DNA of 64,000 nt from Nitrospirota bacterium. Lineage in GTDB: Bacteria > Nitrospirota > Thermodesulfovibrionia > Thermodesulfovibrionales > SM23-35. Of the stretch, positions 28,348 through 38,445 are shown piece after piece. Every line of letters starts with the position of its first letter. Within the stretch, counting starts at the first letter, position 1. The stretch is taken from NCBI GenBank assembly GCA_049323875.1, contig JBMOLW010000050.1, positions 9,643 to 73,642 of the forward strand, given 5' to 3'. Below the pieces are notes generated by a model, which was given only the letters and a program-made list of their open reading frames with translations, was not told the DNA's origin and did not search any database. Made by a program: the position numbers and the translations under genes.

Positions 28348-28819
28348 TTCTTTCTATGATATATTCGAAAGCCCCATAGGCTCCCTCTATCTCCTTTTCC
28401 AGGCAAAAAACCTGCGGGGGATCTCTTTCAAAAAACCCGGGGAAATCATCCGAAGGGGCAGCGCCCCCCCGCTGATCAGGAAAGAACTCCGCCAATATTT
28501 TGATAACGGCCTGGATGAGTTCACCCAGCCGGTCCTCCTCAGCAAGGGCACTGAATTCGAAAAAACTGTATGGCTTGCCCTGAAAGAAATCCCGTATGGC
28601 GAGACAAGGACTTACAAATGGCTGTCAGAGAAGATCGGCAAACCCGCCGCTTCCCGGGCAGTCGGACAGGCCCTCAGCAGGAACCCCCTCCCTATCGTCC
28701 TGCCCTGTCACCGGGTTATCGAGTCAGACGGATCGCTTGGGGGATATTCTGCAGGCGTACAGATCAAGAGACGGCTCCTCGATATGGAATATTATAAAAC
28801 CCTGGCGAAAAAGCAGTAA
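28319..28819 (+). CDS. ogt: methylated-DNA--protein-cysteine methyltransferase
   Basis: LPCHRV active-site motif and ETRTYKWLSEKIG. AAGGAG SD 4 nt before the ATG at 28319. The start lies inside the last 29 nt of the kinase gene. Confidence 0.9.
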   Translation: MREKRSSSIDSFYDIFESPIGSLYLLFQAKNLRGISFKKPGEIIRRGSAPPLIRKELRQYFDNGLDEFTQPVLLSKGTEFEKTVWLALKEIPYGETRTYKWLSEKIGKPAASRAVGQALSRNPLPIVLPCHRVIESDGSLGGYSAGVQIKRRLLDMEYYKTLAKKQ

Positions 28820-28856
28820 CGCCGGGTATTATTGAGTCTCAGGGAGGAAGAACACT

Positions 28857-29171
28857 ATGGATGCCCTGGTCGTTTTTATCACCGCATCAAATGAGGATGA
28901 AGGCGCTAACATAGCGAAAATACTGGTCGGGGAGCGACTTGCAGGATGTGTGAATATTGTAAGAGATATCCGGTCTATTTATCTATGGGAAGGGAAAACC
29001 GAAGATGAACAAGAGATCCTCATGATTGCAAAGACCAGGAAATCACTATGGAATGAGCTCGTGCAAAGGGTCAGGGAGCTCCACAGTTATACGGTTCCGG
29101 AGATAATCGCAATACCTGTTGTTGCGGGATCTGAAGACTACCTCAACTGGCTGAAAGATGTCACCGGTTAA
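28857..29171 (+). CDS. cutA: divalent-cation tolerance protein CutA
   Basis: 104 aa with a CutA1-like pattern (LAGCVNI, SIYLWEGK, SYTVPEIIA). Confidence 0.85.
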   Translation: MDALVVFITASNEDEGANIAKILVGERLAGCVNIVRDIRSIYLWEGKTEDEQEILMIAKTRKSLWNELVQRVRELHSYTVPEIIAIPVVAGSEDYLNWLKDVTG

Positions 29172-29180
29172 CGGCCCTGT

Positions 29181-30023
29181 ATGAAAGTTGGTTTTTATCA
29201 GTTCAATCCCGTTTTTGGAGAGAAGGAGGAAAATCTCAGAAGGGTTCTCTCCGCAGTCGGAGATACCGATGCAAACCTCCTGGTCCTTCCGGAGTTCTTT
29301 GCTACAGGATACCAGTTTGTCTCACAGGAAGAAGTCGCTGGTCTTTCTGAAACAATACCCGAAGGACAGACTACGCAGGCATTGTCTGCATTATCCCAAC
29401 AGAAGAACCTTTATATTGTTGCCGGTCTGCCGGAAAAAGCCGGCGGTCGATTCTATAACAGCGCTGTCCTGACCGGACCCGGTGGTTTTATGGGAGTCTA
29501 CAGGAAAACTCATCTTTTTTCCGAAGAGAAGCTCTTTTTCAGTCCGGGCAATACCGGTTTTCAGGTCTGGGATACTGCTCACGGCAAGATTGGAGTCATG
29601 ATCTGTTTCGACTGGTATTTCCCGGAATCCATGAGAACCCTTGCTCTTATGGGAGCAGACATTGTGGCGCATCCTTCGAACCTCGTGCTGCCCCACTGTC
29701 CCGACTCGATGCCGGTAAGGAGTCGTGAAAACAAGATGTACGCTGTTACAGCAAATCGTACAGGCGAAGAAGCGCGCAAGGAAGGACCGCCGCTCAGGTT
29801 CATAGGGAAAAGCCAGATCACCGCGCCAGATGGCAGTATCCTGATCAGGGCTTTAGAGGATGATGAGGCGCTCCTGACCCTGGATATCGATCCCGCGCTG
29901 GCCCGTGACAAATCCGTTACTGCGCTGAACAACCTCTTTGATGACAGAAGGCCGGATATGTACCGGATACTTGCAGTAAGGGTAAAGAATGCTGCCAAAT
30001 CTTCAGGAAAATCTATCTCCTGA
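29181..30023 (+). CDS. carbon-nitrogen hydrolase (nitrilase superfamily)
   Basis: Glu-Lys-Cys triad context: LLVLPEFF, YRKTHLF, MICFDWYFPE. Confidence 0.85.
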   Translation: MKVGFYQFNPVFGEKEENLRRVLSAVGDTDANLLVLPEFFATGYQFVSQEEVAGLSETIPEGQTTQALSALSQQKNLYIVAGLPEKAGGRFYNSAVLTGPGGFMGVYRKTHLFSEEKLFFSPGNTGFQVWDTAHGKIGVMICFDWYFPESMRTLALMGADIVAHPSNLVLPHCPDSMPVRSRENKMYAVTANRTGEEARKEGPPLRFIGKSQITAPDGSILIRALEDDEALLTLDIDPALARDKSVTALNNLFDDRRPDMYRILAVRVKNAAKSSGKSIS

Positions 30024-31107
30024 TGGATTTAAGAACCGGGATAAAAACGCGGTCAATTGCTGCCAGTGAGCTCAGCACAAATTCTTCGATACCCCGGTTA
30101 TCGGTGAGGAGAAGCCCCTTTGGCAAAGCGTCCTGCTTCAATTCTGCCCGGCCCATGGACTTATGCCCTCCGGCGCTCCCCATTTCGCCAAAAGCAGTAC
30201 GAGCAAGATAGCCGGCTTCTTTTTTTACTCCATCGTTTCTGAAGATTACCACCAACGCATCACCTACAACGCCGGTGACGAGCGCCCATGATACGTTTTC
30301 CACACGGATGAAGAAATCCGCCACCTGCACGCAAACATCAAAGAACGGAACCGGACCTAAATGAGAAAACAGGACACCGTTCAAAAAGCGCCTCCTCACC
30401 ATAGCGATGCTGAAATAGTCAATGGCCTCCCAGGAGAACTGGGAAAACTCTATCTGTTTGACGATGTCTCTGTCCGCCTTGCTCCTGAGCCATCGTATCG
30501 CCTCGATGTCGCCCTCAGCCATATCGACCATGAAGTTTCGCGTGTCGGTCTTAATCCCATAGAAAAGGGCGCTTGCCAGGTTTTTGGTAAGGCGCAAGCC
30601 TGCGGCCCTCAGATATTCTGTCAAGATGGATGACGTAGACATGTATGTCGGCCTTATATCCACAAACCGGGCTGAGATTAGGTCCCGGAGCGGATGGTGG
30701 TCTATCACGATATCGCAGCGCGGCAGAGTGAAGTCAGTAAAAAACTGTGGCTGGGCATCAACGATCGCAATAATGTCAGCCCGGGTTAATTCCGTCTCAC
30801 TGACAGGAAAGGCAGGTATTGCCAATTGTCTGACCATACAGGCGTTTTCAGGTCTCCCGATTGCCCCTGTGTAGCCTATAGAAACGGCGCGTTTTTTTGT
30901 ATCGAGTATTTTCTTGAGAGCAAGAGCGCTTGCCAGTGCATCCGGGTCAGGATTCGCATAGAGGATAATAGAGACATCCTTCGCGTCTTTGCATACCTCT
31001 TTCAGCCGTTCAAGCCTGTATCGAGCGTTTATGTCTGTTTGCATGCCTTGATCCATTTCAGCAATCAACATCTTGGTCCTGAAAACTTTCGAGAACCTGG
31101 CACTCAT
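30013..31107 (-). CDS. DHH/DHHA1 family phosphoesterase (NrnA-like)
   Basis: NPDPDALASALAL, IVDAQ, IDHHP and SAGGHKSMG motifs. Its 3' end overlaps the convergent hydrolase gene by 11 nt. The exact start Met is uncertain. Confidence 0.8.
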   Translation of the reverse strand: MSARFSKVFRTKMLIAEMDQGMQTDINARYRLERLKEVCKDAKDVSIILYANPDPDALASALALKKILDTKKRAVSIGYTGAIGRPENACMVRQLAIPAFPVSETELTRADIIAIVDAQPQFFTDFTLPRCDIVIDHHPLRDLISARFVDIRPTYMSTSSILTEYLRAAGLRLTKNLASALFYGIKTDTRNFMVDMAEGDIEAIRWLRSKADRDIVKQIEFSQFSWEAIDYFSIAMVRRRFLNGVLFSHLGPVPFFDVCVQVADFFIRVENVSWALVTGVVGDALVVIFRNDGVKKEAGYLARTAFGEMGSAGGHKSMGRAELKQDALPKGLLLTDNRGIEEFVLSSLAAIDRVFIPVLKSIRR

Positions 31108-31233
31108 TATACAAAAAAACCTGAAAATATGATTGCTCTTTAAAGCTGTCTGCGAGGAGAGAACGGGCGGTTCGTGTGCCCGGCAATCGATAACTCCTTG
31201 ATCATTGGGCTTTCCTGATGGTATTCTTATTCA

Positions 31234-33735
31234 GTGAACCTGTCTTTTTTTCAAAAACCAAGCAGATATATCAACAGGGAGATTAACGTTGTTCATAAAG
31301 TAGGGGCGCCGGTAAGTGTCGCTCTTGCGTTTCCTGACGTCTATGAGATCGGCATGTCTCATCTTGGCCTCCGGATTCTCTACAAGATAATCAACGACAT
31401 CCCCTTCGCAGCGGCAGAGCGGGTATTTTCTCCATGGACCGACCTTGAGGAACATATGAAATCACAGGGGGTAATGCTGTCTTCACTCGAAACTAACCGC
31501 CCCCTGAAGGATTTCGATATTGTCGGGTTCAGTTTGCAGTACGAGCTTTCCTACACGACTGTTCTCAATATGCTTTCACTCGGAAAGATTCCTCTCAGGA
31601 CCACTGACCGTCTTGATTCACCGGGCAGGCGTACTCCCCTGATCATTGCAGGCGGGCCATGCACGGTGAACCCGTTCCCGATGGCGCCGTTTATCGATGC
31701 GTTCCTGATCGGTGACGGGGAAGAGGCAATCTCGGATATTCTCCATATATTCCATGAATGGAAAGACAATAGTGGCATGAAGCGTGAATCTCTCCTCCAG
31801 GCTCTGTCCCTGGTCGAAGGAATTTATGTGCCCGTCATTCACGACGCAGAAGGGGAAAAAGCAGTTCCGAGGATCAGAAGGCGCGTGCTCAGATCGCTCG
31901 ATGACGCACCGTATCCGGATCGTCCCCTTGTGCCCTATACCCCGATAATCCATGACAGGGTCAATATTGAGGTCTCAAGGGGATGCTCCATGGGGTGCAG
32001 GTTCTGTCAGGCAGGGATGATCTACCGGCCTGTGAGGGAACGAAGCCCGGAAAAAGTTCTGTCACTTGCAGAAAGTGCCTTGAAAACTACCGGGTACGAA
32101 GAAATAGCATTTACTTCCCTCAGTGCAGGAGACTATAGCTGTCTTCCCGTGGTATTGAAAGAGTGCATGAGGAGGTTCGGAAAACAGAAAATAGCCATTT
32201 CGCTCCCTTCACTCCGCATCGCATCTGTCAACCATGAAATCCTGAAGGAGATAAAGTCAGTCAGGAAGACCGGGTTCACCATAGCGCCGGAGGCAGGGAC
32301 AGACAGACTGAGAAAAGTGATTAATAAAGATTTTTCCGCAGAGGAATATGAACAGGCGCTGAGGATACTCTTTGAAGAAGGCTGGCAGAATCTCAAACTG
32401 TATTTTATGGTCGGACTCCCAACCGAGACTGACGAAGATATTGCTGCTATCCCTGCCATGGTGCTCAAAGCCCGGAAAATTGCCAGGCAGTATGTGAAAA
32501 AATTCGTTCATATCACTGTCGGGATCTCGCCATTTGTGCCCAAGGCTCATACTCCATTCCAATGGTATGGTCAAAACGCGCCGGATGAACTCCAGAGAAA
32601 AAAAGATTTCTTGAGAGAGCGCCTCATACGCAGGGGAATAACCGTAAAAGGACACGACGTTGCTATGAGCCTTCTTGAGGCGGCCTTTTCGCGGGGCGAC
32701 AGAAACCTGTCGGTGCTTATTGAAAAGGCATGGTCTCTTGGTTGCCGCCTCGACGGGTGGTCCGAGACATTCGACCCCGGAAGATGGAAACAGGCCATGG
32801 ATGCTGCCGGCATCGACGCAGCAGCATACGCACACAAAGTATACGGGCAACATGAGGGATTACCGTGGGATCACATTCATACAGGGGTTGCAAAAGAATT
32901 CCTCTGGAAAGAATTTGAAAAGGCTTTGTCCGCTGACCTCACGGGCGACTGCCGAAAGAATTGCCATAACTGCGGTCTCTCCTGCCTTGAACACAACAAG
33001 GCAGCAGGCAGCATTGGTGAGATAAGGCCTGAATTTCCCAATTTCTCGTCCTGTCACCTTCCCCGTTTCAAACCAGTAAGGATACGGGCTGAATTTTCCA
33101 AGACCGGGGTATTGCGCTATCTCTCCCATCTTGAGCTGATGACAGCTCTTCATCGGGCAATGCGAAGGGCGGGGATTGCCCTGGAATATAGCCAGGGGTT
33201 TCATCCGGCTCCGAAAATTGCGTTCGGGCCTCCGCTTGGCGTAGGGGTTGCCGGATTACGGGAATATTTTGATATGGAAGTGCTCCCTCCTTTCGACCTT
33301 GAGGGAAACCGGGAGGCGCTGAACAGGGTTCTTCCTGAAGGTATGTCGATTGCCGCGATGTCTGCTGTTTCCGGTGATCGGGAATCCCTGAGCAGCTTCA
33401 TCTCACGGTATGAATATCAGGTGAAAGGTGGAGACGTCTCTCAGCTCCATGCCTTCCTCCCCAGAAAAGAATTGCTGGTTCAGAGAGAAAAGTATTCGAT
33501 AAACATAAGGGATATGGTAGAGGAGGCTTTGATCAGCGAAGACAATGCCGTACTCCTGACCCTCGTTGACAAGGGTAACGTCAAGGTAAGGCTGGGAGAG
33601 ATCCTGCCCCTGATCTTCTCTGTCCCGCTTGAAAGGCTTGATATTACCAGGACCGCCCTTTTCGGCTGGCAGGGTGGGGGGTGGGTTACCCCGTTAAAAA
33701 CCTGCAAAATACCCTTGGTACAATGTAAAATGTAA
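31234..33735 (+). CDS. B12-binding-like radical SAM protein fused to a radical-SAM-linked C-terminal domain
   Basis: 833 aa. N-terminal KPSRYINREIN and a CxxxCxxC cluster motif SRGCSMGCRFCQAG. The C-terminal roughly 230 aa (RIRAEFSKTGVLRYLSHLELMTALHRAMRRAG) resembles the family I recall as TIGR03936/DUF2344. GTG 31234 is the only possible start after the in-frame TGA at 31216. Confidence 0.85.
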   Translation: MNLSFFQKPSRYINREINVVHKVGAPVSVALAFPDVYEIGMSHLGLRILYKIINDIPFAAAERVFSPWTDLEEHMKSQGVMLSSLETNRPLKDFDIVGFSLQYELSYTTVLNMLSLGKIPLRTTDRLDSPGRRTPLIIAGGPCTVNPFPMAPFIDAFLIGDGEEAISDILHIFHEWKDNSGMKRESLLQALSLVEGIYVPVIHDAEGEKAVPRIRRRVLRSLDDAPYPDRPLVPYTPIIHDRVNIEVSRGCSMGCRFCQAGMIYRPVRERSPEKVLSLAESALKTTGYEEIAFTSLSAGDYSCLPVVLKECMRRFGKQKIAISLPSLRIASVNHEILKEIKSVRKTGFTIAPEAGTDRLRKVINKDFSAEEYEQALRILFEEGWQNLKLYFMVGLPTETDEDIAAIPAMVLKARKIARQYVKKFVHITVGISPFVPKAHTPFQWYGQNAPDELQRKKDFLRERLIRRGITVKGHDVAMSLLEAAFSRGDRNLSVLIEKAWSLGCRLDGWSETFDPGRWKQAMDAAGIDAAAYAHKVYGQHEGLPWDHIHTGVAKEFLWKEFEKALSADLTGDCRKNCHNCGLSCLEHNKAAGSIGEIRPEFPNFSSCHLPRFKPVRIRAEFSKTGVLRYLSHLELMTALHRAMRRAGIALEYSQGFHPAPKIAFGPPLGVGVAGLREYFDMEVLPPFDLEGNREALNRVLPEGMSIAAMSAVSGDRESLSSFISRYEYQVKGGDVSQLHAFLPRKELLVQREKYSINIRDMVEEALISEDNAVLLTLVDKGNVKVRLGEILPLIFSVPLERLDITRTALFGWQGGGWVTPLKTCKIPLVQCKM

Positions 33736-33737
33736 CT

Positions 33738-35243
33738 ATGGACAGCGAGATCCTCATTAATGTAACCCGTGACGAGATCAGGGTCGGACTCCTCGAAGGC
33801 GGCCAGGTGGTTGAGTTCTACGTCGAGAGAAAACGCGACGCGAGCCTCGTTGGGAACATCTATAAGGGAAAAGTCGTAAAAATACTTCCGGGAATGCAGT
33901 CAGCTTTTGTGGATATCGGACTTGAAAAGGCAGCGTTTCTCTATGTAACCGACATTCATGCCGGCCTCGAAGAATTCGCACCGTTCCTGGAAGAAGAAGA
34001 GAAGGTAAACTCGATTGATCTGGTTTCTAAACGGGGACGACCTGATCTCACCATCGAAGACCTGATACAGGAAGGGCAGGAGATCCTTGTTCAGGTATCC
34101 AAAGACCCGATTGGCAGTAAAGGCGCGCGGGTCACCTCCTATGTAACGCTTCCCGGCCGGTATCTCGTTCTGATGCCCAATGTCGAACACATAGGGATAT
34201 CCCGAAGAATATCCGATGAGTCCGAAAGAACGAGACTCAGGACGATTGTCGAAGAGATAAAACCCAAGGGGTACGGGCTGATCATCAGAACAGCAAGTGA
34301 AGGCTCCGCTGAAGAAGACCTGAAAAAAGACCTGGAATTCCTCTTTCTCCTCTGGGAAAACATCCAGAAGAAAAAAGACAGGGTTTCAGCGCCTTCTCTC
34401 CTGTACAGCGACCTCGACCTTGTTTTCAGAAGCGTGAGAGACCTCATGGTACAGGACGTCAAGAGCCTCGTGGTCGATTCTCCTGATGAATATGAGAAGA
34501 TCAAAGATTTTGTCAGGACCTATTTTGAAAAACTCCTCGGAAATATTGAACTCTACGAAGGGACTGAACCGGTATTCGATGCCTATGGAATCGAATTCGA
34601 TATCTCGAGGGCTCTCGGGAGAAAGGTCTGGTTGAAATCAGGAGGGTATATCGTGATCGACCAGACAGAAGCGATGACCGTTATCGACGTAAACACCGGC
34701 AAATTCGTCGGGAAAGAAGAGCTGGAGGACACCATACTCAAGACGAACCTCGAAGCCGTGAAAGAGATAGCCTACCAGATCCGCCTCCGGAACCTGGGGG
34801 GTATTATCATCGTGGACTTCATTGATATGGAAAAATATGAAAACCGGGACCGGGTCTTCAATGCATTTGTCGAAGCAATGAAGAAGGACCGCGCAAAGAA
34901 CACCATATCCCATATCTCTGAACTCGGCCTGATTCAGATGACCCGGAAACGGGTCAGGGAAAGTCTCGGGAGGACCCTCTGCGAGTCCTGCCCCTATTGT
35001 GAAGGGAAAGGTTTTGTGAAATCACCCCGCACCCTCTGTTACGAAATATTCCGGAAAGTCACCAGACTCGCAAAGCACGGGAGTGAGAGGATCATTGTAA
35101 CCGCCCACCCCTCAGTGGCAGAACTTCTCTCTGACGAGGAACGTGCCGGCATAGAAGACATCGAACATAAATATAATGTCAAGGTTACCATACGTGAGAG
35201 CCGGACCCTTCATCAGGAAAATTATGAGGTTACCATCTTGTAA
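33738..35243 (+). CDS. rng: ribonuclease G/E family endoribonuclease
   Basis: 501 aa with an S1 domain (NIYKGKVVKILPGMQSAFVDIG), catalytic core (IVIDQTEAMTVIDVNTG, IIIVDFIDM) and a zinc-link CxxC (CESCPYCEGKG). Confidence 0.9.
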   Translation: MDSEILINVTRDEIRVGLLEGGQVVEFYVERKRDASLVGNIYKGKVVKILPGMQSAFVDIGLEKAAFLYVTDIHAGLEEFAPFLEEEEKVNSIDLVSKRGRPDLTIEDLIQEGQEILVQVSKDPIGSKGARVTSYVTLPGRYLVLMPNVEHIGISRRISDESERTRLRTIVEEIKPKGYGLIIRTASEGSAEEDLKKDLEFLFLLWENIQKKKDRVSAPSLLYSDLDLVFRSVRDLMVQDVKSLVVDSPDEYEKIKDFVRTYFEKLLGNIELYEGTEPVFDAYGIEFDISRALGRKVWLKSGGYIVIDQTEAMTVIDVNTGKFVGKEELEDTILKTNLEAVKEIAYQIRLRNLGGIIIVDFIDMEKYENRDRVFNAFVEAMKKDRAKNTISHISELGLIQMTRKRVRESLGRTLCESCPYCEGKGFVKSPRTLCYEIFRKVTRLAKHGSERIIVTAHPSVAELLSDEERAGIEDIEHKYNVKVTIRESRTLHQENYEVTIL

Positions 35244-35293
35244 GCTGATCCCCCCGTAGCGAGTCAGTCCCGGAAGAAGTTCACGCGAATCCT

Positions 35294-36100
35294 ATGAAAA
35301 AGTTAGAACACCTATCACTGATTCTCAAGGATATGGAAAGCGTCGTCCTTGCATATTCCGGCGGGGTCGACAGCACATTCCTCCTCAAAGCTGCCCAGTT
35401 GAGCGAGATCAGAACCATTGCAGTGACTGCGGTTTCTTACCTCTTTGCCCGGAAAAACATACTGGAGGCACAGGAAACCGCAAAACGACTGGGCATAGAA
35501 CACAGAGCCATCGAGACCGATGAACTGTCGCTCGACGGGTTTGCCGAAAACACCCCTGAACGATGTCTCCTTTGCAAAGACTCCCTGTTCAAAACACTCA
35601 AGAATATTGCGAATGCAGAGGGATACCGGTTCGTCATGGACGGAAGCAATCGTGATGATGATTCTGACTACAGGCCCGGGAGACATGCTGCGGCCAGACA
35701 CGGGGTAAGAAGTCCGCTTGCGGAAGCCGGCTTTTCAAAGTGTGAAATACGAAACTGTTCCCGTCAGCTCGGCCTCAGTACCTGGGACAGCCCTTCCTCG
35801 CCCTGTCTTGTCACCCGGTTTCCCTACGGGCAGAAAATCACCAGAGAGGCCCTCCGGAGAGTTGAGCAAGCAGAGGACTTTCTCAGGTCTTTGGGTTTCC
35901 GGCAACTCCGGGTCAGAGATCACGATGGGGTCGCCCGGATAGAAGTTGGCGAAGAGGAAATGGATCTTCTGCTCAATGCAGATAAGAGAAAACGCATCTC
36001 AGAAAATCTGAAGTCGCTCGGGTACCTCTTCATATCTCTTGACCTTGAGGGTTTCCGAAGCGGAAATCTCAACAGGATATTGTTCAGGAAAAAGGAGTAA
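35294..36100 (+). CDS. PP-loop ATP pyrophosphatase, LarE-like sulfur transferase family
   Basis: 268 aa with PP-loop VLAYSGGVDSTFL and a conserved Cys in SSPCLVTRFPYG. Confidence 0.75.
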   Translation: MKKLEHLSLILKDMESVVLAYSGGVDSTFLLKAAQLSEIRTIAVTAVSYLFARKNILEAQETAKRLGIEHRAIETDELSLDGFAENTPERCLLCKDSLFKTLKNIANAEGYRFVMDGSNRDDDSDYRPGRHAAARHGVRSPLAEAGFSKCEIRNCSRQLGLSTWDSPSSPCLVTRFPYGQKITREALRRVEQAEDFLRSLGFRQLRVRDHDGVARIEVGEEEMDLLLNADKRKRISENLKSLGYLFISLDLEGFRSGNLNRILFRKKE

Positions 36101-37266
36101 TGGAAAACGAACAATATCTTCAGGAACTCGCAAAATGTGTCCGCTGCGGAACCTGTAAAGCCCCGTGTTTTACTTACGGAGAAGATTCTCTGGAATCCAT
36201 GGGAGCCAGAGGAAGGCTTGCGCTCCTCAACAGTCTCGCCACCGGAGTTTTAAAGCCCTCGTCGCTGCTGAATGACCGCGTCTTCAGCTGCATGCTCTGC
36301 GGCGCATGCTCAGACTGTTGCCCCCTTGGCGTAGACATCAGTGAAGTGATGTACCAGGGGAGAAAGATTCTCAGGAAGACCGACAGCAGACGAAAGCTTC
36401 TCCGGCTCTTTCTCTCCGGATTCATTCAGAATCCGAAATTATGCTTTCAATTCCTGAAGCTGACCCAGAACCTCATTCTCCCTTATCTGAGGAAAAAAAA
36501 CCTTGTCCCTCTGCAATTTACCCTGCCTGACCATCACCTGAGAGAAAATATTCAGGTAGTTGCAGCAGCAAAGAAAAAAGGGCGGATCGCTGTTTTCACC
36601 GGGTGCACGGTAAATTTCCTCTACCCCCATCTCGGAGAATCCCTTATCACGATACTCCACAGGCTTGGATATGAGGTAATCCTCCCTGCGGGCGAGATAT
36701 GCTGCGGTGTCCCCCTCCGAACACTCGGCATGGAAGAAGAAGCGAAACGGCTCGCGAGAAAGAATGTCGAAGCGTTCAGCAGACTGCATGTCGAATCCGT
36801 GCTCTGTCTCTGTCCGACCTGTACTCACGCATTACAAACGGACTATCCGAAGATAATCGGGGAAAGAATGGAAAATGTTTCTGATATTTCAACTTTTTTT
36901 CTCAAAAACCTTGACCCCTCTCGGTTTTCCAAACTCACTGCATTCCCGAAACCGGCAATGTATCATGATCCCTGTCACCTCAAATACGGCCTGGGAATAA
37001 CGAGAGAACCGAGAGAAATCCTCCGTATTCTGGGTATCGATCTTATGGATTCAAGGGAAGAACTCTGCTGTGGCTTTGCGGGTATGTTCTCTGTTTCGAA
37101 CAGGGAGCTTTCCCACAACCTTCTCGCAACGTGCGCACACGAATATGCATCGGCTGAAGTGCTGGTTACTTCCTGTCCCGGATGCATCCTCCAGTTGTCC
37201 AAGGCCATACGGAACAAGCCGGTGCTCCATCTCATCGAGGTCATCGAGGAAGCATTGATAGAGTAA
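36100..37266 (+). CDS. (Fe-S)-binding protein with two CCG domains (GlcF/HdrD-like)
   Basis: Two ferredoxin-like motifs (CVRCGTCKAPC, CMLCGACSDCCP) and two Cys-rich CCG motifs (EICCGVP, ELCCGFAG). TAATG overlap with the upstream gene. Confidence 0.8.
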   Translation: MENEQYLQELAKCVRCGTCKAPCFTYGEDSLESMGARGRLALLNSLATGVLKPSSLLNDRVFSCMLCGACSDCCPLGVDISEVMYQGRKILRKTDSRRKLLRLFLSGFIQNPKLCFQFLKLTQNLILPYLRKKNLVPLQFTLPDHHLRENIQVVAAAKKKGRIAVFTGCTVNFLYPHLGESLITILHRLGYEVILPAGEICCGVPLRTLGMEEEAKRLARKNVEAFSRLHVESVLCLCPTCTHALQTDYPKIIGERMENVSDISTFFLKNLDPSRFSKLTAFPKPAMYHDPCHLKYGLGITREPREILRILGIDLMDSREELCCGFAGMFSVSNRELSHNLLATCAHEYASAEVLVTSCPGCILQLSKAIRNKPVLHLIEVIEEALIE

Positions 37267-37401
37267 CCAGCACCTCTCTCTGGTGTCAGGCCTAATCCAG
37301 ATCATTTGCGAACTGATTATACAATGAAATATTTCTGCTATTCTCGTCCCGGTCCAGGAAGCATGCGGGATCTCAATATATGTACGAAAGAGAAAGGCCG
37401 T

Positions 37402-38445
37402 CTATGCCGCCCGGTATCTGCGGTAGTTGAGGATGCCTTCATGCAATACAACCTTGAGAAAACCGACAAGGGGAACAGACAGCAACATCCCGAGGATTCC
37501 AAACAGTCTGCCGCCGATCAGCACAGCAAGCAGTACGGTGAGAGGGTGCATGTGGACGCTCCTGGCGACGACAACAGGCTGGACAATGGCATCGTCAAGC
37601 AATTTTATGATCGTAAACGCAAGGATCACATAGAATGCCTTCTCGAGGCCGCCTGTCTGGAGTATGGATACGGTGAGGGCAAGAACCGCCCCGGCAAGGG
37701 GGCCAAAATAGGGTATCAGGTTTGCGAGCCCGGCAAATATGCCGATAAGAAAAAAATATTTCACCCCGATCACCCAAAGGGCAAATACCGCCAGAGTGCC
37801 CACTATCGTGGCATCAATCAACTGACCGCGGAGATAATTACCGACCTGGGCATTCAGTTTGTGGAACAGATAGAGAGAGAATTCGAAATAGCGGTTTGGC
37901 ACCAGGCTGACAAAAGCCCGCTTAAACTCCCGTCCATCCTTTAAAAGGAAAAAAACGATGAACGGTATAAGAATCATGCTGGTAACCAGGGATGCCGCGT
38001 CCAGGACATGGCTGAAAATCCAGTCGCCTGCTCCCGCCGTAACCCTCTGTGTTCTCTCCAGAAGATTCAGTTCCTGAATGCCAAGAAACGAGAGATACGG
38101 CATCAGAAAATCTTCAAAACGGGAGATCACCAAACCCGCTTGCTCAGGATGAAATCCTGTCTGGAGACCTCCGATCTGTGCAGCAAAAAGAGGCAGTACG
38201 GTCAGGTATGCAAGGCCCGCGGAAAAAACAATCCCGAAGAATATCAGAACAGTTGCCGCCGAGCGGCTCATTCCCCGGGATTCGAGGAAATTTGCAAAGG
38301 GTGCCAATACATATGCGAGCAGGGTCGAGACAATCACGAGTTTCACGATATCAGGTATGTAAGCGAGAAATGCAATGCTTGCAGCCAGGGTGATCAGGAA
38401 CAGAACGATTCTGAGATGTCCGGTGCTACCCCCGGATGTTCTCAT
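37402..38445 (-). CDS. AI-2E family (PerM/UPF0118) transporter
   Basis: Multi-TM protein with a C-terminal LLAVLIGGRLFGILGMLLSVPLVGFLKVV signature. The ATG at 38445 forms an ATGA overlap with the upstream stop. The track's longer start is 38475. Confidence 0.85.
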   Translation of the reverse strand: MRTSGGSTGHLRIVLFLITLAASIAFLAYIPDIVKLVIVSTLLAYVLAPFANFLESRGMSRSAATVLIFFGIVFSAGLAYLTVLPLFAAQIGGLQTGFHPEQAGLVISRFEDFLMPYLSFLGIQELNLLERTQRVTAGAGDWIFSHVLDAASLVTSMILIPFIVFFLLKDGREFKRAFVSLVPNRYFEFSLYLFHKLNAQVGNYLRGQLIDATIVGTLAVFALWVIGVKYFFLIGIFAGLANLIPYFGPLAGAVLALTVSILQTGGLEKAFYVILAFTIIKLLDDAIVQPVVVARSVHMHPLTVLLAVLIGGRLFGILGMLLSVPLVGFLKVVLHEGILNYRRYRAA

